Below, one piece after another: positions 63,760-64,000 of a stretch of 64,000 bases of DNA. Below the pieces are notes generated by a model, which saw only the letters and a list, made by a program, of their open reading frames with translations, did no database searches and was not told the DNA's origin. Position numbers and translations under genes: made by a program. The stretch is taken from the NCBI GenBank assembly GCA_036172245.1, contig JAYWIR010000019.1:1550001-1614000 (forward strand), written 5' to 3'. The stretch is from Raillietiella orientalis. Taxonomy: Eukaryota. The first letter of the stretch is position 1, and each line of letters opens with the position of its first letter.

Positions 63760-64000
63760 GGGCTTCCTGTGCCTTCTTCACGCTCTTTTATGTAATAATC
63801 CCTAATCGAGTTGTGCTACGAGAAGGAACGTTGCAGCGCTGCTGCTCCTCCTCACGGTTGACCTGAAGATTCGTTTTCCTTTTCTTTCTCTTTTTTCTGG
63901 CTTCCACGGAAGCACTCCCTGGGCACATGGAATGGACGGGAGTGAGTCGATTTTCCCGTTGGTGGTGTGCACTGCGGTGTGCCCCCCCGGTGCTGGCATC

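Noticed and set aside
1..64000. Prokaryotic systems (CRISPR arrays, operons, defence islands), tRNA or rRNA genes
   Set aside because: The sequence is intron-containing eukaryotic DNA. I saw no regularly spaced repeat-spacer array and no tRNA or rRNA signature.

Overview
Eukaryotic, most likely arthropod, genomic DNA with very short spliceosomal introns (mostly 39-58 nt). Two AT-rich, CpG-poor housekeeping blocks sit at the ends. The left block holds the 3' exon of an Abl-family kinase (+) and ABCF1 (-); the right block holds erlin (+) and LAMTOR3 (+). Between them lies a ~45-kb GC- and CpG-rich, homopolymer- and microsatellite-rich domain whose only clear gene is the nuclear receptor FTZ-F1 (NR5A3, -). 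FTZ-F1 shows a beta-type first exon, a probable upstream alpha-type exon, and candidate HR3 (RORE) and Blimp-1 sites near the beta start. The rest of the domain contains heavily decayed transposons recognised by eye from degenerate motifs (LINE, Ty3/Gypsy, Penelope-like, DIRS, hAT, Academ-like). It also contains a clear palindromic mariner-derived element nested inside a second, 209-bp perfect inverted repeat. Most ORFs in the supplied track in the GC-rich domain look spurious. I cannot claim a definitely new system. The best leads are the FTZ-F1 cis-regulatory module, the nested inverted repeats and the operon-like erlin-LAMTOR3 spacing.
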